NCBI RefSeq assembly: GCF_051201565.1
Contig: NZ_CP179200.1
Location: 1,620,001 to 1,652,000 of the forward strand
Origin: Pseudothioglobus sp. nBUS_23
Lineage (GTDB): Bacteria; Pseudomonadota; Gammaproteobacteria; PS1; Pseudothioglobaceae
Direction: 5' to 3'
DNA: 32,000 bases
The translations under genes were made by a program, and so were the position numbers. Positions 8,574 through 16,787 of the stretch are shown here, piece by piece; within the stretch, counting starts at the first letter, position 1; each line of letters opens with the position of its first letter. Below the pieces are notes generated by a model. That model had not been told where the DNA came from. It worked only from the letters and a program-made list of their open reading frames with translations, and searched no databases.

Positions 8574-9735
8574 AGATCCCTACTTAGTAGGCAAAAAAAT
8601 TGTTATTGCCTTAAGTGGTGGAATTGATTCTGTTGTTCTCTTTCATTACCTTTGCTCAAACTACTCTGGAAATGTAAGAGCTATTCACATTAACCATCAC
8701 CTTTCTAAATTCTGTGATGACTGGTCCAAATTCTGTTTTGAGCTCTGTAAGAATAACAATATAAACTTCAAGAGTATCGATATAAATATTAAAAAATCAT
8801 CTAATATCGAGGAAAATGCCAGGATAAGTCGCTATAATTCACTAAAATCTAATTTATCAAAGAATGAAGTGCTTTGCACTGCACATCATCAAGATGATCA
8901 GGCTGAAACATTACTGCTACAGTTATTTAGAGGCAGTGGAGTTGCAGGTCTTGCCTCAATGCCAAAATTAAAAAGCTTTGGTCAGGCATATTTATATCGC
9001 CCCCTGTTAAATATCGGTAAACAACAAATTTCTGAATACGCGGCATCTCATCATTTGCAATGGGTAGAAGATGACAGTAATGACAACACTCAATTCAAAA
9101 GAAACTTATTAAGAGTTGAGCTGATTCCTAAGTTGAAAAATAGCTTTGAGAGTATAATCAAAAATATTTCGAGAAGTGCTGCTCATCAGGCTGAAGCATT
9201 AACTCTTTTGCATGATTTAGCTGAGATTGATATAGCAAGATTTAATCTCATAGTTGATAATAAAATTCAAATCAATCATTTGATTAAACTGTCATCTGAG
9301 AGAATTACAAATGTCCTTAGATTCTATATCAATCAAAGAGGTTTTTTGATGCCTTCAAATAAAGTACTTGATGAGCTACTCACAGTGATGAGTGCTAAAA
9401 GTGATGCACAAGTCCTTTTAAAATGGCACTGTTATGAAGTAAGGCGCTATAACGGAGAATTGTATTTCTTTGATACTGAGCATGAAGGTGTGAAATTACA
9501 ATGCCCATATTTTAAAAAACTACAGCACATATCAAATCTTGAAGTTCGCTTCAGAAAAGATGGACAGCGTGTAAAACTCAAAGGCAAAGATCACTCGAGC
9601 TCACTTAAAAAAGTTCTTCAGGAATCAAACATTCCGCCCTGGGAAAGAGATAAATTACGAATGTATTATGTTGATGGTCAACTCAAAGCCATGGAATCTA
9701 TAGGCGAAATGTCTGAAGTTTTGACTGATGTTTAG
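8554..9735 (+). CDS. tilS: tRNA(Ile)-lysidine synthetase
   Basis: PP-loop ATPase motif ALSGGIDS near the N-terminus, and the [21 protein letters not shown] motif typical of TilS. The position downstream of accA is conserved. The start is a TTG that overlaps accA by 20 nt, so it is only moderately certain. Confidence 0.9.
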   Translation: MEDLANKDPYLVGKKIVIALSGGIDSVVLFHYLCSNYSGNVRAIHINHHLSKFCDDWSKFCFELCKNNNINFKSIDINIKKSSNIEENARISRYNSLKSNLSKNEVLCTAHHQDDQAETLLLQLFRGSGVAGLASMPKLKSFGQAYLYRPLLNIGKQQISEYAASHHLQWVEDDSNDNTQFKRNLLRVELIPKLKNSFESIIKNISRSAAHQAEALTLLHDLAEIDIARFNLIVDNKIQINHLIKLSSERITNVLRFYINQRGFLMPSNKVLDELLTVMSAKSDAQVLLKWHCYEVRRYNGELYFFDTEHEGVKLQCPYFKKLQHISNLEVRFRKDGQRVKLKGKDHSSSLKKVLQESNIPPWERDKLRMYYVDGQLKAMESIGEMSEVLTDV

Positions 9736-10310
9736 CTTTTAAAATCTTCGCTTAATGCCTCTTGGGATTTTGAATCTAATGAGGTTTCATAATCGTAGTT
9801 TGAATGCGTAGACCCAACCTTTACTTTGGAACCAGAAACAAAATCAGCAATCATATTTTGGTCAAATTCAAATCTCATAAAGTGGACTGCTGAAGTTTTT
9901 ACATCGGTTTCTCTTTCTAGATCTTCATTACAAATTGGAAAGACTTTTTCGTGACCCTCTACTTGAAAATAAATACTTTTTTCAACACCGATGAGCCTTG
10001 ATAAAGCTACAACTCTCTCAGCAACATCCGGGTATTCAATCATCATTGTGGCCTTCAGATTAGAGCCATTGGGTACGAGCGCATTGTATACATCAAGCTC
10101 TTCTTGTATCTCACTTGATTCAAAAATTTTCTCAATTCGAAGCATCTCTTGAATTTGATATTGGACTGTTTGTTTGTTTTCAAATATCATTCTGATGTGA
10201 CTACCCAGGTGAACCTCTCTAAGCTTTTTAACTTGAATTGTTTCCTGGCGGATAGATGAGCGCTTGTCTGCATACTCTTCAAGAGTTAATAGGTCTTGTC
10301 TTTCTAGCAT
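9732..10310 (-). CDS. DUF3501-family protein of unknown function
   Basis: 192 aa. LTLEEYA...R, TVQYQIQEMLRIEKIF and ELDVYNALVPNGSNLKATMMIEY match my recollection of DUF3501 proteins. A GAGGAAA Shine-Dalgarno sequence lies upstream. The gene is last in the rubrerythrin operon. Confidence 0.7.
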   Translation of the reverse strand: MLERQDLLTLEEYADKRSSIRQETIQVKKLREVHLGSHIRMIFENKQTVQYQIQEMLRIEKIFESSEIQEELDVYNALVPNGSNLKATMMIEYPDVAERVVALSRLIGVEKSIYFQVEGHEKVFPICNEDLERETDVKTSAVHFMRFEFDQNMIADFVSGSKVKVGSTHSNYDYETSLDSKSQEALSEDFKS

Positions 10311-10332
10311 TATTATTTTCCTCAGATTTTAT

Positions 10333-11637
10333 TTATAAACCATAAGCCAACTTCACCAAGCTAATTGGATGAATTGACTCTATGTCTTGTGAAGCAATGT
10401 GAGCAACATGGTTACCTGCCATGACGCAGTCACTGACAACAAGATCGGTAGTGTCATTAATTTTTTTTGCAACCGGCATTCCAATTTTTACCGAGTAAGT
10501 ATGTGTTTCCTTTCTCACTCCATAGGTGCCATCATGGCCAGAACATCTTTCAGCAATATTGACATCTAAATCAGGAATTAATCCCAAGATTTTTTTTGTG
10601 TGTGCCCCAATATTTTGGACTCTTTGATGACATGCCACTTGATAAAGAATCTCTTTATCAATTGCCTTAAATTTATCATCAAACTGATTATTTTCAATCA
10701 GTAAAGATAGATACTCAAATGGATCAAAGAATGCTTCAGAGATGGCTTTAATGTCTTCATTATCATGCAAAATCATTGGTAGTTCATTCTTAAACATCAA
10801 GACGCAAGATGGTATAGGTGCGATAAGCTTGAAGCCCTCATTGACTAACTCGATTAATGGGTCAATATTTTCGTTGGCATATTTGACAACTGAGTCAAGA
10901 TCTCCAAGCTCCATTTTGGGCATTCCACAACACTGCGTCTTTTTGATCAGCTTGACTTCAACATTGTTGTGTCTCAATACATCGACCAAATCAATAACTG
11001 TTTTTGGATCATTATATTCACCATAACAAGTTCCAAAAATTGCCACCTTAAATTGACTATCAGAGCTCTCTTCAACAAAAACCTTTGACAACCTTTTGGA
11101 GTGATAAGTTGGCACAACTGCCTCCTCATGAACACCAAGTACCTTTTGAGTGACCTTTCTGAGAGTTTTGTTTTTATTTGACCAGTTGACCACAGGAGAT
11201 ATGACTGGCTTAGATGCAATTGCCCCTACCTTTTGGGGCGATGTTAGCACCTTGTGTGATAACTTAGTTTCGCCCTTTTTAAACTGTATAGCTTTTGCTC
11301 TAAGCATCAGATGCGGAAAATCAACATTAAAATCATGTGGCGGCACATAAGGGCATTTCGCTATATAGCACAGATCACATAAATAACATTGGTCAACAAC
11401 TTTTTTATAATCAGCCTTATCGACACCGTCCACCTCAAACGTTTCGGACTCATCAATCAAGTCAAATAGTGTTGGAAAAGACTGACACAAACTTACACAT
11501 CGTCTACAGCCATGACAAATGTCAAAAACCCTCTCAAGTTCATTATTGAGAGAATCTTCATCATAAAAATCTTTATCTTTCCAATTTAGAGGGTAACGAG
11601 TGGGAGCCTCTAAATTGCCTTCTTTAAATTTAGACAT
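10333..11637 (-). CDS. (Fe-S)-binding oxidoreductase, GlpC/HdrD/GlcF-like: two ferredoxin-type [4Fe-4S] motifs plus two CCG-type cysteine-rich domains
   Basis: 434 aa. Ferredoxin-type motifs CHGCRRCVSLCQSFP and CYLCDLCYIAKCPY lie in the N-terminal part. The first CCG domain has FGTCYG...TQCCGMP. The second, degenerate one has QVACHQR...ERCSGHDG...DCVMAG. Confidence 0.8.
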   Translation of the reverse strand: MSKFKEGNLEAPTRYPLNWKDKDFYDEDSLNNELERVFDICHGCRRCVSLCQSFPTLFDLIDESETFEVDGVDKADYKKVVDQCYLCDLCYIAKCPYVPPHDFNVDFPHLMLRAKAIQFKKGETKLSHKVLTSPQKVGAIASKPVISPVVNWSNKNKTLRKVTQKVLGVHEEAVVPTYHSKRLSKVFVEESSDSQFKVAIFGTCYGEYNDPKTVIDLVDVLRHNNVEVKLIKKTQCCGMPKMELGDLDSVVKYANENIDPLIELVNEGFKLIAPIPSCVLMFKNELPMILHDNEDIKAISEAFFDPFEYLSLLIENNQFDDKFKAIDKEILYQVACHQRVQNIGAHTKKILGLIPDLDVNIAERCSGHDGTYGVRKETHTYSVKIGMPVAKKINDTTDLVVSDCVMAGNHVAHIASQDIESIHPISLVKLAYGL

Positions 11638-11661
11638 ATTGAATTAGTTTTAAGGGTTTAT

Positions 11662-11690
11662 TGCTACCACAGACTATATCTATGGTAGCA
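11662..11690 (-). promoter_or_regulatory. Intercistronic stem-loop between rubrerythrin and the Fe-S gene
   Basis: 8-bp perfect inverted repeat TGCTACCA...TGGTAGCA with a 13-nt loop, sitting 6 nt after the rubrerythrin stop codon. No U-tract follows on the transcribed strand, so it is not a canonical terminator. Confidence 0.4.
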
Positions 11691-11696
11691 GTGACT

Positions 11697-12116
11697 TTAC
11701 ATACTATCTAATGCTTTTTGATAGCGGTTAGCATGAGAACGCTCAGCTTTCGCTAGGGTTTCAAACCAGTCCGCAATTTCATCAAATCCTTCTTCTCTAG
11801 CAGTTTTAGCCATACCTGGGTACATGTCAGTGTACTCATGAGTTTCACCATGAACCGCACTTGCAAGCATGTCTTTGACTTCCTTGGCTGGCATATCAGT
11901 ACCTGGATCGCCCACTCCACCTTCAATTAGGTGCTCCATATGGCCATGGGCATGACCCGTCTCACCTTCAGCAGTTGATCTGAAAAGAGCTGCCATATCT
12001 GGCTCTCCTAAAACGTCACATTGATTTGCAAAATATAAATAGCGTCTATTTGCTTGAGATTCTCCAGCAAATGCATCCTTTAATGATTGTTCAGTCTTAC
12101 TTCCACTTAAATTCAT
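11697..12116 (-). CDS. Rubrerythrin-family di-iron protein lacking the rubredoxin domain
   Basis: 139 aa. Di-iron ligand pattern [26 protein letters not shown] and [11 protein letters not shown]. The protein has only one Cys, so there is no CxxC...CxxC rubredoxin module. A strong GGAGGT Shine-Dalgarno sequence lies 4 nt before the ATG. Confidence 0.9.
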   Translation of the reverse strand: MNLSGSKTEQSLKDAFAGESQANRRYLYFANQCDVLGEPDMAALFRSTAEGETGHAHGHMEHLIEGGVGDPGTDMPAKEVKDMLASAVHGETHEYTDMYPGMAKTAREEGFDEIADWFETLAKAERSHANRYQKALDSM

Positions 12117-12146
12117 TTTTACCTCCGATTGTTTAAATGAGCCACA

Positions 12147-12175
12147 ATCATACCATTCATTTATATAAAGTTAAA
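12147..12175 (-). promoter_or_regulatory. Candidate sigma-70 promoter of the rubrerythrin operon
   Basis: The minus strand reads TTTAAC - 17 nt - TATGAT, with TGg immediately upstream of the -10 (extended -10). The predicted TSS is near 12140, giving a ~24-nt leader carrying GGAGGT. The background is AT-rich, so chance matches are possible. Confidence 0.35.
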
Positions 12176-12194
12176 TTGAATAATACTGTATATT

Positions 12195-12215
12195 ATATTC
12201 GTTAAAAACGAATAT
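12195..12215. promoter_or_regulatory. Perfect 9-3-9 palindrome ATATTCGTT-AAA-AACGAATAT; candidate LysR-type (T-N11-A) operator in the oxyR / rubrerythrin divergent region
   Basis: The arms are exact reverse complements. The palindrome contains TTC-N9-GAA / T-N11-A dyad symmetry. It ends 4 nt before the oxyR-like ATG. Its centre (12205) is about 65 bp upstream of the predicted rubrerythrin TSS. Confidence 0.45.
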
Positions 12216-12219
12216 AAAA

Positions 12220-13077
12220 ATGACACCTTCTATTAAAAATTTACAGTACCTCGTTGCACTAAAAAAAACGAATCACTTCTCTAACGCGGCAAAGGAGTGC
12301 TTTGTCAGTGCTTCGACTTTCAGTGCCGGAATTTCAAAACTTGAAAATGATCTTCAAGTCAAGCTAGTTGAGCGGGACAATAAAAATGTTCGCTTTACAT
12401 CAGCTGGAAATCGTGTTACCCAGCAAGCGGAGTCAGTTTTGGCAGAGATGAATGTATTGGTGAGCACTTCAAAAATAGATTTTTTTGAGTCTGAAATTAC
12501 TATCGGTGTTATTCCAACAATCTCTACATATATACTCCCAACCTTTCTGTCGAATATCACTCAATCGCATCCAAAACTTAGAGTTTCATTCAAAGAGGAT
12601 ACTAGTGAAAACTTACTTAAATATCTTGATCAAGCTCAAATCGATTTTGCAATCTTTGCATTCCCCTATGAATTGCCAGATTATATTGAGAGTTATCGAG
12701 TCTTTGCTGACCCAATCTATTTTATTCAACACAAAAATCGCAAATCAAAAGAAATTGATAATGGCTCCTTATTAATGCTTGAACAAGGTCATTGCCTTCG
12801 TTCCCACATTTTACAAAACAACGAAATTTCCACCAAACACATATCCAACTTTTCTTGCACAAGCATTTCAACACTTGTTGCAATGGTGGATACGAATATT
12901 GGAGTGAGCTTCTTACCAAGAATGGCAATTGATTTTGGAGTACTGAGTCACTATCCGAATATAAATATAGACCTAAAATCCACTAAGGCTAAAAGAGATA
13001 TTGGCGTCATTTACAGAAAAAACAACCCGCAAGAAGAAAACATAATAAAACTGGCAACGCTTTTAATGACTAGCTAA
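12220..13077 (+). CDS. oxyR: LysR-type transcriptional regulator, OxyR-like (peroxide sensor)
   Basis: 285 aa. The N-terminal wHTH (LQYLVALKKTNHFSNAAKECFVSASTFSAGISKLE) is collinear with E. coli OxyR. The LLMLEQGHCLR motif corresponds to the OxyR sensing Cys199 context. The gene is divergent from the rubrerythrin operon. Confidence 0.8.
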   Translation: MTPSIKNLQYLVALKKTNHFSNAAKECFVSASTFSAGISKLENDLQVKLVERDNKNVRFTSAGNRVTQQAESVLAEMNVLVSTSKIDFFESEITIGVIPTISTYILPTFLSNITQSHPKLRVSFKEDTSENLLKYLDQAQIDFAIFAFPYELPDYIESYRVFADPIYFIQHKNRKSKEIDNGSLLMLEQGHCLRSHILQNNEISTKHISNFSCTSISTLVAMVDTNIGVSFLPRMAIDFGVLSHYPNINIDLKSTKAKRDIGVIYRKNNPQEENIIKLATLLMTS

Positions 13078-13084
13078 GATAGCT

Positions 13085-13525
13085 CTAGATGTAAGGGTTA
13101 CTGATGCCAAGCTTGCCTAAAAAATCAATCTCTATTGACTCCATTTTATTTGCTGAGGTGATATCTTCATGATCATGTCCAAGCAAATGGAGAATGCCAT
13201 GAACTGCCATATGAGTAAGGTGATCACCAAATTTTTTGTTGCCAAATAGTGCCTCCTCCCTCACTACGTCGACACAAATAACAACATCACCAAGTATTGA
13301 CTCTTCGACCTCATCTGGAATGTCACTCTGAAAAGAGAGTACATTGGTAACCTGATTTTTATCTCTGTACTCTTTATTAAGAACTTGAATCTCAACGGGA
13401 GAAACAAGACGAATCAATAATTCTGAGTCCTCTAAAGCATTTTCATTTAAAAAATCTTGGCATACCTTGCTAAGACTATCCTCGTCAACGTTTGAATCAT
13501 TAATGATATTTTGAATAACTACCAT
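13085..13525 (-). CDS. ybeY: Endoribonuclease YbeY (16S rRNA 3'-end maturation)
   Basis: 146 aa with the zinc motif HGILHLLGHDH typical of YbeY/UPF0054. Confidence 0.93.
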   Translation of the reverse strand: MVVIQNIINDSNVDEDSLSKVCQDFLNENALEDSELLIRLVSPVEIQVLNKEYRDKNQVTNVLSFQSDIPDEVEESILGDVVICVDVVREEALFGNKKFGDHLTHMAVHGILHLLGHDHEDITSANKMESIEIDFLGKLGISNPYI

Positions 13526-13578
13526 GGCAAGTTAATATTGCTAAAATAGCTATTTTATCCCTAAAACTTTTTTATTTG

Positions 13579-15540
13579 ATGCAAATCACTGAAGTTGCAA
13601 TTCCGGTTCCATTGCACAATACGTTTGATTATTTGTGTAAAGAAAAAGTGTGCATTGGTTCAAGAGTAAAAGTTCCCTTTGGATCTAAAAAAGTGACAGG
13701 CATTGTTCTCTCTCACAAGGACAAAAGCAGCTTTTCAAAACTGAGGGAAGTTGAAGAAGTAATAGATCATGAAGCACTCTTATCAAAGGAAATTCTTGAA
13801 TTCTTATCTTGGTCTGCTAACTATTATCACCACCCAATTGGCGAAGTTCTATCCAATGCGATACCAAAAAACTTGAGAAATGGTAAGCCAGCACTGATCA
13901 AAAAGCCGGGTAAATCCGAAGTCAAGATGTCATCAACTGATATAAAGCCAACTAATGAGCAGAGTTTTGCGATTACTGAAGTGCTTAAGAGTTCATCTGA
14001 GTTTAATGGCTTTTTGCTACACGGCGTTACAGGGAGTGGCAAGACCGAAGTCTACCTCAGTATCACGGAGCAACTTTTAAAAAAAGGAAAGCAAGTTCTT
14101 GTTTTAGTTCCTGAAATAGGGCTAACCCCTCAAATGATCTCACGTTTTGAACAGAGAATAGAGGGTCGGGTTGTGGCTGTTCATTCCCAACTCAATGACA
14201 CGCAAAAACAAGATGCTTATCTGTTGGCAAAGGATGGTGATGCAAAAGTTATTCTTGGTACTCGTTCTGCTATTTTTACACCTATACCTAATCTTGGACT
14301 CGTGATTGTGGATGAAGAGCACGACAACTCCTTTAAACAACAATCAAACTTTCGATACTCTGCTAGGGACCTCAGCTTTATGAGAGCTAAATTGGCCAAC
14401 GTTCCACTCATACTCGGAACCGCAACACCTTCTTTAGAAACCTTAAAAAATGTGATCGAAAAAAAGCTCGCTCGACTAACTCTGACTTCTCGCCCTGGCG
14501 AAGCAATAATGCCAAGCGTTGATCTAATAGATATGAGAAGCCAACCTTCAGAGCCATTATCAAAGCCACTCATTGCCAGAATAAAGCATCACCTTTCAGA
14601 AAGCAGACAGGTCATGCTATTCATCAACAGAAGAGGTTATGCACCAATATACTATTGTACAGAGTGTGGTTGGCAGTCAGAGTGCACCAGTTGTGACTCA
14701 AGGCTAGTTTATCACCGGAGTATTAATCGACTCAAGTGTCACCACTGTGGATTAGAAAAATCTCCCGAATCTTCGTGCCCTTCTTGTAGCAGTCAGGAGC
14801 TCAAAATTCTGGGCTATGGAACCGAAAGGCTGGAAGAAAACCTAGAATCTTTCTTTCCGAGTACCGAAGTCATCAGAATTGACAGAGATACTACGCGCAA
14901 GAAAAAAGCTTTTGCGACTCACTTAAAAAAAATCAACTCAGGTGAGCCCTGCATCATTATCGGAACTCAAATGCTTGCCAAGGGTCATGACTTTTCTAAC
15001 CTCGCATTTGTGGGTATTTTAGATGTTGATGTTGGACTCATGTCAACTGACTTTAGGTCCACAGAACATCTAGCTCAACTACTAGTTCAAGTTTCAGGAA
15101 GATGTGGAAGAGGGCAATATAAAGGAGAGGTCAATATACAGACCCGTTATCCTAATCATCCGATATTCAACTTCGTAAAAGATTCGCGCTATATTGAATA
15201 TGCCAAAACTCTTTTACTGGAGCGCAAAGATACTAAACTGCCGCCTTTTGCTCATCAAGCATTGATTTGTGCGAATGCTAAAAACAAAAATTTAGCAGAG
15301 AATTTTTTGAACGAAGTTGCTCAATTAATTAATAGTATTGAGATTGAATCAGTCGAAATTTGGGGTCCAGTTCCTGGAGTCATTGAACGGAAATCAGACT
15401 ACTATTACTTTAATCTTTACTTACAATCAGAAGATAGGGGGCAGCTTCGCAGATTAATTCAGACTTTTTATCAGCATATAGAAACTATCAAGGTAAGCTC
15501 ATCAGTACGATGGTTTGTTGACATTGATCCTGTTGAATAG
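13579..15540 (+). CDS. priA: Primosomal replication restart helicase PriA
   Basis: Walker A GVTGSGKTEVY, DEEHD box, and a Cys-rich zinc insertion (CTECGWQSECTSCDSRLVYH...CHHCG...CPSC). The ORF track starts at the TTG at 13576; the adjacent ATG at 13579 is preferred. Confidence 0.95.
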   Translation: MQITEVAIPVPLHNTFDYLCKEKVCIGSRVKVPFGSKKVTGIVLSHKDKSSFSKLREVEEVIDHEALLSKEILEFLSWSANYYHHPIGEVLSNAIPKNLRNGKPALIKKPGKSEVKMSSTDIKPTNEQSFAITEVLKSSSEFNGFLLHGVTGSGKTEVYLSITEQLLKKGKQVLVLVPEIGLTPQMISRFEQRIEGRVVAVHSQLNDTQKQDAYLLAKDGDAKVILGTRSAIFTPIPNLGLVIVDEEHDNSFKQQSNFRYSARDLSFMRAKLANVPLILGTATPSLETLKNVIEKKLARLTLTSRPGEAIMPSVDLIDMRSQPSEPLSKPLIARIKHHLSESRQVMLFINRRGYAPIYYCTECGWQSECTSCDSRLVYHRSINRLKCHHCGLEKSPESSCPSCSSQELKILGYGTERLEENLESFFPSTEVIRIDRDTTRKKKAFATHLKKINSGEPCIIIGTQMLAKGHDFSNLAFVGILDVDVGLMSTDFRSTEHLAQLLVQVSGRCGRGQYKGEVNIQTRYPNHPIFNFVKDSRYIEYAKTLLLERKDTKLPPFAHQALICANAKNKNLAENFLNEVAQLINSIEIESVEIWGPVPGVIERKSDYYYFNLYLQSEDRGQLRRLIQTFYQHIETIKVSSSVRWFVDIDPVE

Positions 15541-15545
15541 ATAAA

Positions 15546-16787
15546 TTACTCTAACGAGTCGCCAACAATCTTACGCATAGCCTGAGTAATAGCCAGCAAC
15601 TCTTCGTCTGATATTACGAAGGGTGGCATAGTGTAGAGCAACTTTCCATAAGGCCTGAGCCAAACACCTGACTCTATCAGCTCCTCCTGAGTTTTTTTCA
15701 TATCCAAATCCTCATTGAACTCTACTACGCCGATTGCACCAATAATCCTGACATCAAGTATAGATTGATGATTCTTAAGGGGCATCAATTGATCTCTTAA
15801 AATCGATTCAATTTCGGTGACTCTTTGTTTCCAGTTACTAGTTAAAAGAAGATCAATACTTGCAATCGCTGCAGAACAGGCCAAAGGATTCGCCATAAAG
15901 GTTGGTCCATGCATTAGTACGCCAACTGTTTCGGAAACATCTTTGTTAGTTATAGCAGCAGCCATTGTCATATAGCCGCCTGTCAAAGCCTTTCCAACGC
16001 ACATAATATCTGGAGAAATATTTGCATGATTACAGCCAAAGAACTTGCCTGTTCGCCCAAACCCAGTGGCTATCTCATCAACAATCATTAGGACGTTGAA
16101 CTTGTCACATAATACTCTAGCGCCTTTCAGGTAATCTTCATCATAAATATTCATTCCTCCGGCGCCCTGAACTATTGGCTCAAGAATCATGGCCGCAATT
16201 TTTTTATGGCTTTTACTTAGCCTAGACTCCAAATCAGAGAGCGCCTCATCAGTGTTATGATGTTTAGGCTGCATAACAAAGTAATGCTTTGGCAAAACCT
16301 CACTAAAAAGGTGATGCATACCTTTTTTGGGATCACAAACACTCATAGCGCCAAAAGTATCGCCGTGGTAACCACCCCTGGGCGTTAAAAAATATGACTT
16401 TTCTTTATGGCCTTTATTTTGCCAGTACTGAATGGCCATTTTTAAAGACACTTCAACTGAGACAGAGCCCGAATCGGCAAAAAACACCTTATCTAAGCCT
16501 TTGGGCGTCAAATTAATTAGCTTTTCACATAAGTCAATGGCTGGTTGATGAGTCAGACCCCCGAACATAACGTGGGACACTTGATCAATCTGAAACTTAA
16601 TGGCATCATTTATGTAGGGGTTGTTGTAGCCATGTATCATGCACCACCAAGAACTCATACCGTCAATAACGCGCGCTCCATTCTTGAAATTAAGGTATAC
16701 CCCTTCTGCACTCTCTACATGGTATGTTGGGACCTTGTTTGGGATATTGGCATAAGGGTGCCAGATATGATTTTCTTCAATATTCAC
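15546..16787 (-). CDS. bioA: Adenosylmethionine-8-amino-7-oxononanoate aminotransferase
   Basis: 413 aa. N-terminal HIWHPY, a class-III aminotransferase core (DEIATGFGRTGK) and the PLP lysine context GKALTGGY. The GTG start overlaps the gph stop (TAGTG). Confidence 0.92.
   Translation of the reverse strand: MNIEENHIWHPYANIPNKVPTYHVESAEGVYLNFKNGARVIDGMSSWWCMIHGYNNPYINDAIKFQIDQVSHVMFGGLTHQPAIDLCEKLINLTPKGLDKVFFADSGSVSVEVSLKMAIQYWQNKGHKEKSYFLTPRGGYHGDTFGAMSVCDPKKGMHHLFSEVLPKHYFVMQPKHHNTDEALSDLESRLSKSHKKIAAMILEPIVQGAGGMNIYDEDYLKGARVLCDKFNVLMIVDEIATGFGRTGKFFGCNHANISPDIMCVGKALTGGYMTMAAAITNKDVSETVGVLMHGPTFMANPLACSAAIASIDLLLTSNWKQRVTEIESILRDQLMPLKNHQSILDVRIIGAIGVVEFNEDLDMKKTQEELIESGVWLRPYGKLLYTMPPFVISDEELLAITQAMRKIVGDSLE

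Noticed and set aside
14217-14573. 118-aa antisense ORF inside priA, and similar antisense ORFs at 3419-3715, 20495-20788, 22433-22807 and 26010-26312
   Set aside because: All lie fully within strongly supported genes on the opposite strand. They have no motifs or start-site signals and show Ser/Leu/Arg-rich shadow-frame composition.
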